Source: Eledone cirrhosa (lineage: Eukaryota). From it: a stretch of DNA of 64,000 bases. The stretch is from NCBI GenBank assembly GCA_964016885.1, contig OZ024757.1, positions 5,642,001 through 5,706,000 on the forward strand, given 5' to 3'. The notes under the pieces are model-generated. The model did not search any database and was not told the DNA's origin. It worked only from the letters and a program-made list of their open reading frames with translations. The position numbers and the translations under genes are program-made. Shown here piece by piece: positions 1 through 15,728 of the stretch (position 1 is the first letter of the stretch; the number at the start of each line of letters is the position of its first letter).

Positions 1-54
1 ATTACATTCAAGGAATTTATCAAGTCTGTAACTTCCAACTTTTTTTTATTTTGC

Positions 55-720
55 CATCTTAATCTCTGTTATTAACACCACATGTAATGATATCATCTTG
101 TAAGTAGTTTTAATACATCTAACACTCATCTAAATCTCTGTTATTAACACTATATGTAATGATATCATCTTGTATGTAGTATTAATACATCTAACACCCA
201 TCTAAATCTCTGTTATTAACACCATATGTAATGGTATCATCTTGTAAGTAGTTTTAATACATTTAACACCCATCTAAATCTCTGTTATTAATACTATATG
301 TAATTATATCATCTTGTAAGTAGTTTTAATACATCTAAATCTCTGTTATTAACACCATATGTAATGATATCTTTAAAGTAGTTGTAATACATCTAACACC
401 CATCTAAATCTGTTATTCACACCATATGTCATGATATCATCTTGTAAGTTGTTTTAATACATCTAACACCCATCTAAATCTCTGTTATTAACACCATATA
501 TAATGATATCACCTTTTAAGTAGTTTTAATACATCTAACACCCATCTAAATCTCTGTTATTAACACCATATATAATGATATCACCTTTTAAGTAGTTTTA
601 ATACATCTAACACCCATCTAAATCTGTTATTAACACCATATGTAATGATATCATCTTGTAAGTAGTTTTAATACATCTGACACCCATCTAAATCTGTTAT
701 TCACACCATATGTAATGATA
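55..720. repeat. Tandem repeat, 72-bp unit, ~9 copies
   Basis: Unit aacacccatctaaatctctgttattaacaccatatgtaatgatatcatcttgtaagtagttttaatacatct recurs at 121, 193, etc. Confidence 0.95.
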
Positions 721-849
721 TTTTAGAAGAAGTTAGTTATGTAGAGATATTTAGAAGAGGTTGTTTAGTAGATGTTTGTTCTTCGGGAATTATCACTTTA
801 GCAAATAGTATATATTTGTTGGTTACAGGCTGGACTCCATGTAACATAA

Positions 850-1090
850 TATAATTAACAACAATGTAGCAAGCAGTTACACTATTTTATCACTGCGGAG
901 TAATTTAGTCGTGTTTTGTCACTCACTAGCCCTTAGGATTGGTGGCGTATGAATACAAAAGATGACTTCCACACAGCAGTTGCTTCACACCTTTTTTCAG
1001 TTCTAGGTAGCAGTTGCTCTTTACATTTTGTTGACACCAGCAACTTACAAATGTCTTTCCCAGTCAAGACACCATCTTTCAAAACTACCC
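850..1090 (-). pseudogene. Possible decayed DNA-transposase fragment (Chapaev3/CMC-like)
   Basis: Minus-strand reading gives LKDGVLTGKDICKLL...EATAVWKS and GLVSDKTRLNYSAVIK, resembling the KEGVFVGPQIR..AWKSF..FLGN.KA.NY pattern; interrupted by stops, weak match. Confidence 0.3.
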
Positions 1091-1539
1091 CCCAGTTGTG
1101 TTTTGGAGTTGTCTAGCAGCTCGTAATGGCTTCCCTACTCCTGTCACTTTGCTCTCTAACGATGAGTATACGGCTTTTAGAAGAGTTACCGTAACCGACA
1201 ACTTGGTTCCAAAGTACTTACCATTAAGAGATTTGCTATTACATGTCAGCTTTGTTATACAGGATCTCTGTACCACTTCACACCTTTTGTACATACGTTC
1301 ACGTCAAGCAAAAAAAAATCTTTATTATGTTTTGAAGTATGCCTACTGATCTGATCCACAACCATGAAACATAAACGCGCAGCCTTACATCTCTATCTTC
1401 TTTAAGGATATAATCTCCGCTACCAATACAGAATACAGCTTAAAGTCCTTTCACTAAAAACTTACTTCTTCATAAGATTTGTACCAATATAGAATAAGAT
1501 TTTTTGGGAAAATACAGTATTAATGTTGTCATCACTGGT

Positions 1540-2099
1540 AGCTCACCTTACTGAGGTGTCAGGTGATGTCTGTGAGGGTACCTGGTTATTTCAGTACCTT
1601 AGCCCCACCTTACTGAGGTGTCATGTGATGTCTGTGAGGGTACCTGGTTATTTCACTACCTTAGCCTCACCTTACTGGGGTGTCAGGTGAAGGTACCTGG
1701 TTATTTCAGTACCTTAGCCTCACCTTACTGAGGTGTCAGGTGAGGGTACTTGGTTATTTCAGTACCTTAGCCTCACCTTACTGGGGTGTCAGGTGAGGGT
1801 ACCTGGTTATTTCACTACCTTAGCCTCACCTTACTGAGGTGTCAGGTGAGGGTACCTGGTTATTTCAGTACCTTAGCCTCACCTTACTGAGGTGTCAGGT
1901 GAGGGTACCTGGTTATTTCACTACCTTAGCCTCACCTCACTGAGGCTTCAGGTGAAGGTACCTGGTTATTTCACTACCTTAGCCTCACCTTACTGAGGTG
2001 TCAGGTGATGTCTGTGAGGGTACCTGGTTATTTCACTACCTCAGCCTCACCTTACTGAGGTGTCAGGTGAGGGTACCTGGTTATTTCACTACCTTAGCC
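1540..2099. repeat. Minisatellite, 53-bp unit (62-bp variants), ~10 copies
   Basis: Unit gcctcaccttactgaggtgtcaggtgagggtacctggttatttcagtacctta, period 53 (1717, 1770); internal inverted pair cctcacct/aggtgagg. Confidence 0.95.
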
Positions 2100-2337
2100 A
2101 TGCCATAACCCGTGGTAATGTTGCCAGTGTGTTGGCTTGCTTCAAAGTGTGGTGTTAACCCCTAAGGTGTGAGGTGCAGTTAATTGTCACACCTGGTGGT
2201 GAATTTCCCCTCCCCTCCTTTTTTCTTTCCTTTATCATTATTGTTCAATAAATTATATTATTATATTTTTATACACGGCTTAGACATTATATTTGTAATG
2301 TTTTTCTAAACGAATTGCGAGCAATTTATGTTTTTTA

Positions 2338-2475
2338 CGCATCTGTAACGTTATTTATGTATATATATATATATATATATATAACACATCTGTAATGTTA
2401 TTTATGTATATAGATATATACAACATATCTGTAATGTTATTTATATATATATATATATACAACATATCTGCAATG

Positions 2476-2526
<51 letters not shown>

Positions 2527-2697
2527 ACATATCTGTAATGTTATTTATATATATATATATAACATATCTGTAATGTTATTTATATATATATATATATATA
2601 ACATATCTGTAATGTTCTTTATGTATATATATATATATATATAACATATCTGTAATGTTATTTATATATATATATAAAACATATTTGTAATGTAATT

Positions 2698-2732
<35 letters not shown>

Positions 2733-3267
2733 CATATCTGTAGTGTTATTTATATATATAAAACATATCTATAATGTTATTAATATATATATATTATATA
2801 ACATATCTGTAGTGTTATTTAACATATATATAAAACATATCTATAATGTTATTTATATATATATATGGAGGCACATGGCTTAGTGGTTAGAGCATTGACC
2901 TTGCAATCAAAAGGTTGTGAGTTCAATTCTCAGACCGTGTGATGTGTTGTTTCCTTGAGCAAGACACTTTATTTCACATTGCTCCAGTTTACTCAGCTGT
3001 AGAAATCAGATGATAGGGACTGGGGTCCATATCATTCCACTGCAAAGTGGTCGTGGAGGTGCCACGGCAAAAAAGCACCCAGCACTCACTGTAAATGAGG
3101 TTGGTGTTAGGAAGGGTATCCAGCTGTATAAATCAAGCCAGAATCAGTTTCCGTCCCACCCTTGCAAGCAGGGAAAAAGTGGACGTAAAATGAAATGATG
3201 AAATGATGATGATATAACATATCTGTAATGTTATTTATGAATATATATCTAAAACATATCTGTAATG

Positions 3268-3298
<31 letters not shown>

Positions 3299-3347
3299 AC
3301 ATATCTGTAATGTTATTTATATATATATATATAACATATCTGTAATG

Positions 3348-3380
<33 letters not shown>

Positions 3381-3435
3381 ACATATCTGTAATGTTATTT
3401 ATATATATATATAAAACATATCTGTAAAGTTATTC
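2338..3435 (+). repeat. Minisatellite aacatatctgtaatgttattt+(TA)n, interrupted by a SINE
   Basis: More than 20 units with variable TA tract; inverted-orientation array at 4455-4693. Confidence 0.9.
2867..3213 (+). mobile_element. tRNA-derived CORE-type SINE with RTE-derived tail (family S1)
   Basis: A box tggcttagtgg, B box gagttcaattc, CORE-like ccttgagcaagacacttt, tail matching RTE 3' ends, (GAT)n end; copies at 8784 and 24417. Confidence 0.9.
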
Positions 3436-3545
3436 AATTGAAATTTAAACTTAAAGGTGTAGTAATGCCACAAACGTTTTTCTATCGTTAAACAATTAGA
3501 TATTTATTTATATAAGTCTAAATACAAGTGCCACAGCCCACACAC

Positions 3546-4452
3546 ATCATCATCATCATCATCATCATCATCGTTTAACGTCCATATTCCACGCTTGCAT
3601 GGGTTTGGACGGGGGTTTTCCCACTTGAGGCAAGAGTGGTTGTCTTGCTCGCATAGGACTGTCTGGCGGGTTTTCTACAGCTGGATGCCCTTCCCAACAC
3701 CAACCACATTTACAGTGTGGGGCTGGGAGGTTTTTACCGTGTTGCCTACACAGCCACATTACAGAGTGGACCGTGTGTTTTTTTGTCGTGACACCTACAC
3801 GAACTCATTTGTTTTGGGCTGGATTTTGTGACACCAACATAACTTTACATTGAAGGGGTGGTGTGGATGGGGTGGGTGTAGTGGAACGGGGTTGTATTTT
3901 GTTAGAGGTGCCTACTGACTGTAGTAGGTTTCACTTTGTACTTAGGTAAGGCGGGTCTTCTCTATTACTGTGTAGCGCCAAAGATCTCGGTCCAGTGACA
4001 TTGCCTTGGTGAGGTGTAAGTGTGTGAGGTCGGAAATTCTCAGCTCGTCCCAGGTTTTTCTGGGTCTGCCTACTCCATGGCTACCGTCTATTTTTATTGC
4101 CCTGCACTTTTTTATACAGCTGTCGTCTTTCATGCAGATCACGTGACCATACTAACATAGTCTTCTCTCGAGTAAACAACATCTGATCCCTCTTATTTCT
4201 AATTTCTCCCTTAGTACGTTTATGCTTTGCCGTTCACTTATATTACTATTACACATCCAGCGGAACATGCAAGCTTCGTTCCTCTCCAGTCTGCGTATAT
4301 CCTCTGCACACAAAGCCCAGGTCTCACTGCCATGCAACATTGCTGTTCGTAAGCAGGCATCATACAGCCTGCCTTTCATTTCTAGAGAGAACCCTTTAGC
4401 GTCCAATAGTGGTATAAGCTCTCTGAACTTTTTCCATCCCGTTCTGACTCTA
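3546..4452 (-). mobile_element. 5'-truncated RTE LINE (family C)
   Basis: ORF pieces GRLYDACLRTAMLHGSETW and GVGRPRKTW; 3' UTR and (GAT)n tail; near-identical to 53321-55600. Confidence 0.9.
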
Positions 4453-4454
4453 GC

Positions 4455-4693
4455 TATATAAATAACATTACAGATATGTTATATATATATATATAAATAA
4501 CATTACATATATGTTATATATATATATATAAATAACATTAGAAATATGTTTTATATATATATATATATAAATAACATTAGAAATATGTTTTATATATATA
4601 TAAATAACTTTACAGATATGTTTTATATATATATAAATAACATTACAAATATGTTGTGTATATATATAAATAACATTACAGATATGTTTTATA
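4455..4693 (-). repeat. Inverted copy of the 2338-3435 minisatellite
   Basis: Unit ataaataacattacagatatgtt is the reverse complement of aacatatctgtaatgttattt. Confidence 0.9.
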
Positions 4694-6230
4694 TCATCAT
4701 CATCATCATCTTCGTTTAATGTCCATTTTCCACGCTAGCATGGGTTAAACGGGAGTTGTCCCACTTGAGACAAGGTTGGTCGGGTGACCGTGTCTAGCTC
4801 ATATAGGACAATCTGGCAGGTTTTCTACGGCTGGATGCCCTTCCTAACACCAACCACATTTACAGTGTGGAACTGGGGACTTTTTACCGTGTTACCCACA
4901 CGACCACATTACAGCGTGGACTGTGTGTTTTGTCGTGACACCTACACGATCTCGATCTCATTATCTCATTTATTTGGACTGGATGTTGTGGTACCAACTT
5001 TATAGAGAGAGGGTGGTGCTGGTGGGAGTGGGAGGATAGGGTAGGGGTAGTGGATTGGGGTGTATATTTGGTTAAGAGGAGGCTACTAAATGTAGATTTC
5101 CCTTTGTACATAGGCAAGGCAGGTCTTCTGTATTACTGGGTAGTGCCAAAGATCTCGGTCCAGTGACATTGTCTTAGAGAGGTGCAAGTGTGTAAGGTCG
5201 GAATTTATCAAATCGTCCCAGGTTTTTCTGGGTCTACCTACTCCGTAACTACCATCAATTTTTATTGCCCTGCACTTTTTTATACAACTGTCATCTTACA
5301 TGTGCATCACGTGACCATACCAACGTAGTCTTCTCTCGAGTAAACAGCATCTGATCCCTCTTATTCCTAATTTCTCACTTAGTTCATTTATGTTTTGCCG
5401 TTCAGGTATATTACTATTACACATCTAACGGAGCATGCATGCTTCATTCCTTTCCAGTCTACACAGGACCTCTGCATGTAATGCCCATGTCTCATTGCCA
5501 TGTAGCATTGCTATTCGTATACAGGCATCATACAATTTTCCTTTCGTTTTTAGAGAGAACCCTTTTGTGGCCAACAGTGGTATAAGCTCTCTGAACTTTT
5601 TCCATCCTGTTCTGACTCTGGCTACTGTACTTTCAGAGCACCCTCCACCACTGCTGATTGTGTCACCCAGGTAACGGAAAGTGTCTACTATTTCTATGGA
5701 ACCATCTGGGCAATAGAAGGGGCTAGTATCCTGTGGACACTTGCTACCTGTCACCTGAGCATCGGCCACATAAAGTCTACATTCTTAGATAGTTTATCTG
5801 TGATCCTACTACATCTTTATGTACACATACTTTACATTTGGGACATAAAATTGAATCTCTGCCCTCTCCTTTCCTACACAATGAGCAAGGCCATTTCCCT
5901 GAGGGTACCTGTGCCTAATTTTCCTTTCTACAAACTAGGACTTTAGTCTTAGACAAGTTAACTTTAAGGCCTTTTGATTCTAGACCATGTTTGCATGTTT
6001 GGAATTTCTTCTCTAGTTCAGCCATTGATTCAGCTATGAGCGTTAGATCATCTGCGTATAAGAGTTCCCATGGGCAGCCCATCTTGAACTCCTCTGTTAT
6101 AGCCTGAAGGGCAATAATAAATAGGAGGAGGCTAAGGACAGAGCCTTGGCGAACAACTTTTACACTAAATTCTTCACAATAATCATTGTTAATTCTAACC
6201 TTACTGAGTGTTTCATTATACATAGATTGT
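4694..6230 (-). mobile_element. 5'-truncated decayed RTE LINE (family C)
   Basis: QGSVLS..LYADD, FRYLG, MLHGNETW fragments; (GAT)n tail at 4694. Confidence 0.9.
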
Positions 6231-6280
6231 ACATAACATAACATAACATAACATAACATAACATAACAATACAATACAAT

Positions 6281-8783
<2,503 letters not shown>

Positions 8784-9148
8784 GAGGCACATGGCTTAGT
8801 GGTTAGAGCATTGGCCTTGCAATCGAAAGGTTGTGAGTTCAATTCTCAGACCAGGTGATGTGTTGTTTCCTTGAGCAAGACACTTTATTTCACATTGCTC
8901 CAGTTTACTCAGCTGTAGAAATTAGATGATAGGAAGTGTGTGTGTGTGTGTGTGGGGGGGGGGGGGGCTATCATTCCACTGCAAAGTGGTCGTGGAGGTG
9001 CCACGGCAAAAAAGCACCCAGCACTCACTGTAAATGAGGTTGGTGTTAGGAAGGGCATCCAGCTGTAGAAATCAAACCAGAATCAGTTCCCCTCTCACCC
9101 TTGCAAGCAGGGAAAAAGCGGACGTAAAATGATGACGATGATGATGAT
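8784..9148 (+). mobile_element. SINE family S1
   Basis: Same head, core and tail as 2867-3213. Confidence 0.9.
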
Positions 9149-9213
9149 ATATATATATATATATACACTCACATGTATGTTTATATATATATGGACATTA
9201 AACGATGATGATG

Positions 9214-9247
<34 letters not shown>

Positions 9248-9503
9248 GTATATATATATATACACTCATATGTATGTATGTTTATCTATATATATACACT
9301 CATATGTATGTTTATATTTTATATATATATATATATATAAATATATAAAAATATATATATATATATATACATATATAATATATATATTTATATATATATA
9401 TAAATATATAAACATACATATATATATATAAATATATAAACATACATATATATATATAAATATATAAACATACATACATATATGTATATATATACACTCA
9501 TAT

Positions 9504-9559
<56 letters not shown>

Positions 9560-9926
9560 TCATATGTATGTTTACATATATATATATATATATATATAAA
9601 GATATATATACTCTATATATGCATACATCTGAAAATGTATATATGCATGTAAACACATACTTAAACGTACATGTACATACATATAGATGGACAGTTATAC
9701 ATATACAATAACTTATTTCTATACATACATATACCACAAGTAAGGCATGGTGCTGCCAACTAACCAGACCTCCCTCATAATGGACCAGCTAGATCCCAAA
9801 ATACAGGCATACAGTCCCAATAAGTGTAAGTTACAGCGCAGCTATCTGGACAGACTTGTCTTAAGACTACTCATTATCCCACTACATCTTTTGTGTACTA
9901 TATATATACTGTATATATATACTGTT

Positions 9927-9958
<32 letters not shown>

Positions 9959-10384
9959 ATTGTGTATTCACAGATTATCTTAGTAATGAAATAATCAATA
10001 ATTTTAGTAAATTGTTCAACATTCTTCATTAACCCTTTTGGTAGAAACCCAGCCAAAACTGGTTCTCGTTCTATGGAAACGGTTCCTATCTAAATTAAAG
10101 TCTTCCAACGAAATTCTATATAACAACCGTATGTTAAGTTACTATGTTAGTAATTAACTAACAATTGTGAGAAATAGCTCAAAATTATTCATAATTAATT
10201 GAAGTACGAGGTTCATAATTATAATAAAATCTTCGAATAGGCTACGAAGCCGGTAAACCTTAAAGGTACGAAACACACACATCGCTATAGCGTTTCACCA
10301 GCCAATTCCTTCCTCAATCATTACATAGATGTGTGTGTATGTAATAATTATTTTGTATCGTGTGTCTATTTATGAATATGTATG

Positions 10385-10950
10385 AGTAGATGTGTAACCC
10401 ATTAGATGTGTGTGTTATGTAACTCAGTAGATGTGTGTGTATGTAACACAGTAGATGTGTGTATGTAACACAGTAGATGTGTGTATATATGTAACCCAGT
10501 AGATGTGTGTGTATGTAACTCAGTAGATGTGTGTATGTAACACAGTAGATGTGTGTGTATGTAACTCAGTAGATGTGTGTATGTAACACAGTAGATGTGT
10601 GTGTATGTAACTCAGTAGATGTGTGTATGTAACATAGTAGATGCATGTGTGTAACCCAGTAGATGTGTGTATGTAACACAGTAGATGTGAGTGTGTCTGT
10701 GTAACCCAGTAGATATGTGTTGGTGTGTATGTAAGTCAGCAGATGTGTGTGTATGTAACACAGGAGATGTGTGTGTGTGTGTGTAACACAGTAGATGTAT
10801 GTGTATGTAACACACTAGATGTGTGTGTATGTAACACAGTAGATGTGTGTGTATGTAACACAGTAGATGTGTATGTATGTAACACAGTAGATGTGTGTGT
10901 ATATATAACACAGTAGATGTGTATGTAACACAGTACATGTATATATGTAA
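10385..10950. repeat. Minisatellite, ~22-24-bp unit
   Basis: gtatgtaacacagtagatgtgt repeated ~24 times. Confidence 0.95.
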
Positions 10951-11231
10951 CTAAAGTGTAACGTACGTTACGCATGGACGACTAAATGTTTTTTAACAAT
11001 TGATGGTGGAAAAGATTTTAAATTGTCTTAACTCAGACCATAAAGGGCCGTAACACGTGGTGTCTGACACTCTTCCCGGCTACATAGCCTGTGAGTCTAT
11101 TTTACCGGCACCGGCTACATAGCTTCTGCCTAAAATCTTCCAATTGTTAAGTTACTAATTAAATAATTAATAATTAAAAACTTTAGTAAATCCTTCCAAT
11201 GATATCTCAGTAATGAAATAATTAATAATTG

Positions 11232-11850
11232 GGCACTGTCGTGGTATTAGCTGTCAGAAAGAAGGTGACGTCATTCGTCAACCTTCTCAATCCTTTATTT
11301 CCGTATCACTATTCCGTTTATTTACGTTTATGATTTTCTTTATGGGGACCAAATAACCCCGTAATTTTCGAGAGAAACGATAATATACAATCTTATTTAA
11401 CATGTGCATTAAAAACTACACTAACTGTTACAATTGTAATTAACGTGTAAGAACTTAAATGAAAATATAGGTGGCCCTTAAAAGGGCAGGTGTTGAACTT
11501 AAATTTGTTTTCTAACTTGATAACCATGACTTGTTTCAACACCGGCCCTTTTAAGGGCCACCTATATTTTCATTTAAGTTCTTACACGTTAATTACAATT
11601 GTAACAGCTAGTGTAGTTTTTAATGCACATGTTAACTAAGATTGTATATTATCGTTTCTCTCGAAAATTACGGGGTTATTTGGTCCCCATATATTTTTTA
11701 ATAAGTGTATCTCATCGTAAACGTATCTCTTAGAAAATCCTAAACATAAATAAAGGGAATAGTGATACGGAAATAAAGGATTGAGAAGGTTGACGAATGA
11801 CGTCACCTTCTTCTGCTTTCACTTCTGACAGCTAATACCATGACACTGCC
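11232..11850. mobile_element. Foldback MITE, Merlin-type
   Basis: ~270-bp inverted arms; termini GGCA...TGCC; 8-bp TSD aataattg (11224-11231 and 11851-11858). Confidence 0.85.
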
Positions 11851-12069
11851 AATAATTGTTATAAATACCTCAAAATTCCTCATTAATTAAACCCAAGACA
11901 GGTAAAAACTCCAGAGTCTTTCAGTCGGACATGAAACAAATTAATTTCTAATGGAAGAAGAGAAGATGTTAAAGTCAGCCAAGGGAGATCACTCTCAGCG
12001 ACTTATTGTAATTCTTGTTCGTGAATGAATCCGGATTAAGTCATTCCAGTATATTTTGTGTGGAGGACA

Positions 12070-12400
12070 CCATGTTTAGGCGGTGATAGCGCGTAATTCA
12101 CGAACCTATGGTTCGTGAGTTCGAATCCCAGACCTGGCGACCTGTACGTTGTGGCCTTGAACAAGACACATTATTTCTCATTGTTTTATTTCACCCAGCT
12201 GGAAAAATAATAAGTTGTACCAGTAATTATAGTGGAAACGTTGTTACATAGAATTGTCACACTGAATCTCCCTGAGAACAATGTCAACGGTATACGTATC
12301 AATACAATACCCAGACATATTATAACATAAGATGGGTTCTACATGTATTTCACAGGGAAGCTATGTCATACATCTCGCTGAATCTCCCTGAGAACTACGT
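12070..12400 (+). mobile_element. Decayed tRNA/CORE-type SINE (third family)
   Basis: B box gagttcgaatcc, CORE-like ccttgaacaagacac, duplicated ctgaatctccctgagaac. Confidence 0.6.
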
Positions 12401-12409
12401 ATATACTAG

Positions 12410-14358
12410 TGACTATAAGACATAGTGTATCTAGGACTACATTATCTAATGTACAGTACAGTAGTTAGTATTAGTGACTATCAGACAGTCTATCTTGGAC
12501 TACATTATCTAATGTACAGTATAGAAATTAGTATTAATGGCTATCAGACATAGTGTACCTAGGACTACATTATCTAATGTACAGTATAGTGGCTATCAGA
12601 CATAGTGTATCTAGGACTACATTATCTAATGTACAGTATAGTGTCTATCAGACATAGTGTACCTAGGACTACATTATCTAATGTACAGTATAGTGTCTAT
12701 CAGACATAGTGTACCTAAGACTACATTATCTAATGTACAGTATAGTGGCTATCAGACATAGTGTACCTAGAACTACATTATCTAATGTACAGTATAGTGG
12801 CTATCAGAGATAGTGTATCTAGGACTACATTATCTAATGTATAGTATAGTGGCTATCAGACATAGTGTACCTAGGACTACATTATCTAATGTACAGTATA
12901 GTGGCTATCAGACATAGTGTACCTAGGACTACATTATCTAATGTACAGTATAGTGTCTATCAGACATAGTGTATCTAGGACTACATTATCTAATGTACAG
13001 TATAGTGTCTATCAGACATAGTTTACCTAGGACTACATTATCTAATGTACAGTATAGTGGCTATCAGACATAGTGTACCTAGGACTACATTATCTAATGT
13101 ACAGTATAGTAGCTATCAGACATAGTGTACCTAGGACTACATTATCTAATGTACAGTATAGTGTCTATCAGACATAGTGTACCTAGGACTACATTGTCTA
13201 ATGTACAGTATAGTGGCTATCAGACATAGTGTATCTAGGACTACATTATCTAATGTACAGTATAGTGTCTATCAGACATAGTGTACCTAGGACTACATTA
13301 TCTAATGTACAGTATAGTGGCTATCAGACATAGTGTACCTAGGACTACATTATCTAATGTACAGTATAGTAGCTATCAGACATAGTGTATCTAGAACTAT
13401 ATTATCTAATGTACAGTATAGTGGCTATCAGACATAGTGTACCTAGGACTACATTATCTAATGTACAGTATAGTGTCTATCAGACATAGTTTACCTAGGA
13501 CTACATTATCTAATGTACAGTATAGTGGCTATCAGACATAGTGTATCTAGGACTACATTATCTAATGTACAGTATAGTGGCTATCAGACATAGTTTACCT
13601 AGGACTACATTATCTAATGTACAGTATAGTGGCTATCAGACATAGTGTACCTAGGACTACATTATATAATGTACAGTATAGTGGCTATCAGACATGGTGT
13701 ACCTAGGACTCCATTGTCTAATGTACAGTATAGTGGCTATCAGACATAGTGTACCTAGGACTACATTATCTAATGTACAGTATAGTCTCTATCAGACATA
13801 GTGTACCTAAGACTACATTATCTAATGTACAGTATAGTGGCTATCAGACATAGTTTACCTGGGACTACATTATCTAATGTACAGTGTAGTAGCTATCAGA
13901 CATAGTGTACCTAGGACTACATTATCTAATGTACAGTATAGTGTCTATCAGACATAGTGTACCTAGGACTACATTATCTAATGTACAGTATAGTGTCTAT
14001 CAGACATAGTGCACCTAGGACTACATTATCTAATGTACAGTATTGTAGCTATCAGACATAGTGTACCTAGGACTACATTATCTAATGTACAGTATAGTGT
14101 CTATCAGACATAGTGTATCTAGGACTACATTATCTAATGTACAGTATAGTGGCTATCAGACATAGTGTACCTAGAACTACATTATCTAATGTACAGTATA
14201 GTGTCTATCAGACATAGTGTACCTAGGACTACATTATATCATGTACAGTATAGTAGCTATCAGATATAGTGTATCTAGGACTACATTATCTAATGTACAG
14301 TATAGTGTCTATCAGACATAGTGTACCTAGGACTACATTATCTAATGTACAGTATAGT
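12410..14358. repeat. Satellite, 52-bp unit, ~37 copies
   Basis: Unit tatagtggctatcagacatagtgtacctaggactacattatctaatgtacag, period 52 (12601, 12653). Confidence 0.97.
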
Positions 14359-14378
14359 AGTTAGTATTTGTGGCTATC

Positions 14379-14813
14379 ATTAATATAGACTTCAAGTAAA
14401 TCTTTGTCAACTTACCTCCTTCACATATAATCAATGTGTTGTGTTGTTAGTTGTTACTAAACAACCAAAGAAATAATCTCTTTGTTATCGAATTAGAAGT
14501 TTCAATGTTATCAGCTTTATTTCACATTAACGTTGGTGTATCTTCTTCATCTTTAGTCATAAATTGATATCTTGTCAGAATGAAGTAGTGAGGCTGACTT
14601 TATGTCTTTAGCTACAGATTTGATAGGAAATATATATATATTAGGTTGATATGTGGTCTAAAATATATATATATTGTCTATAAATGACTGATAGCAGATG
14701 TTCTGGTGAAATAGTAGTTTTACTACTACAGATTGTAATGGAACTCTTAGTAGACACAATTGTAAAGTAAGAATAGATATGACAGTGTAAGACTGATGTC
14801 GGGGAATTAAAAT

Positions 14814-14846
<33 letters not shown>

Positions 14847-15090
14847 GTAATTGTTACACAAGATATAATTAGATTAAGAAGACAGCAGGTACTCGGTGTC
14901 ATTGGAAATGATTTAACTCCCTTACCGGTGTCATTAGTTAAAAGTCCCTGATATAATTTAATACATTCAGACAGTTCCAATCGTATTTAATCGATAGTAA
15001 ATGAAAAGGTATCACTCAGTAAAATATAAATTATATATCGACGTAGTCTCTCTGACTGCTAGAAATAGCAGTGAAATTATCCATTACAGA
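14379..15090 (-). other. Paralogous block (copy 1) with putative non-coding 5'-UTR exon 14416-14611 of a ZNF gene left of the window
   Basis: Closely similar to 41544-42291; minus-strand acceptor tttcctatcaaatctgtag and donor gag|gtaagt. Confidence 0.55.
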
Positions 15091-15728
15091 CTTTTCTTTC
15101 TTTAAACTCTTACGTTTAGTAGATGTTTGTGTTGAGAATGTGTGTATTTGTGTATTGTATGACGGAAGTCACCATTGAAGATGTTAAAAGCAATGTTGTG
15201 GAAAATAGGATCGTACGACTTTGTAATTGTTTATATATAATTTATTTACAGATTACAAAGGTTATAATAATGTCTCTTGAGAGGATAGTTAATGTTATCA
15301 AAAAAAGGTTATAAAGATTTAAAGACGTACGGTCAACTGGCTGAGGCGTTAGCCAGACCTGTAGTGATATCTGTTGCTACACATTGTCTATGCTTGATGA
15401 ACGAAAGCAAGAGATGTTTACCTTCACGGTGTCGAGCTGCAAGAGAGAGAGAGAGAGTTTCGAATCTCTGCGGGAATTTTTCCTTCTGGGCAGAGGTCGA
15501 GATACATTTTCCTACGCTGGTAGCGATTGGCTGAACTGAGCCAAACAACGCACAGAGAATGTATCCATGAGCCCTCGGAATATAGGTCACTACAATACCC
15601 CCTATTTAGTCTGCAAGACGATATATAAGATTGAATCAGCAGGAAAAAGGCTCAAAGACAGGACATCAATGAATATATATGTATATATATATATGTATAT
15701 ATGTATGTATATATGATATATATATATA

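Noticed and set aside
55-720. Zinc-finger origin of the 72-bp repeat
   Set aside because: Only short words (ccatat, tgatatc, gtaa) match; too weak without an alignment statistic
1540-2099. Tandem ribozyme (retrozyme) array in the hairpin-rich 53-bp repeat
   Set aside because: No CUGANGA plus GAAA core in the correct topology on either strand
2867-2940. tRNA gene
   Set aside because: A and B boxes are present but there is no acceptor stem, and it continues into a SINE body in multiple copies
12410-14358. CRISPR-like regular array
   Set aside because: Units are contiguous with no unique spacers, there are no cas genes, and the context is eukaryotic
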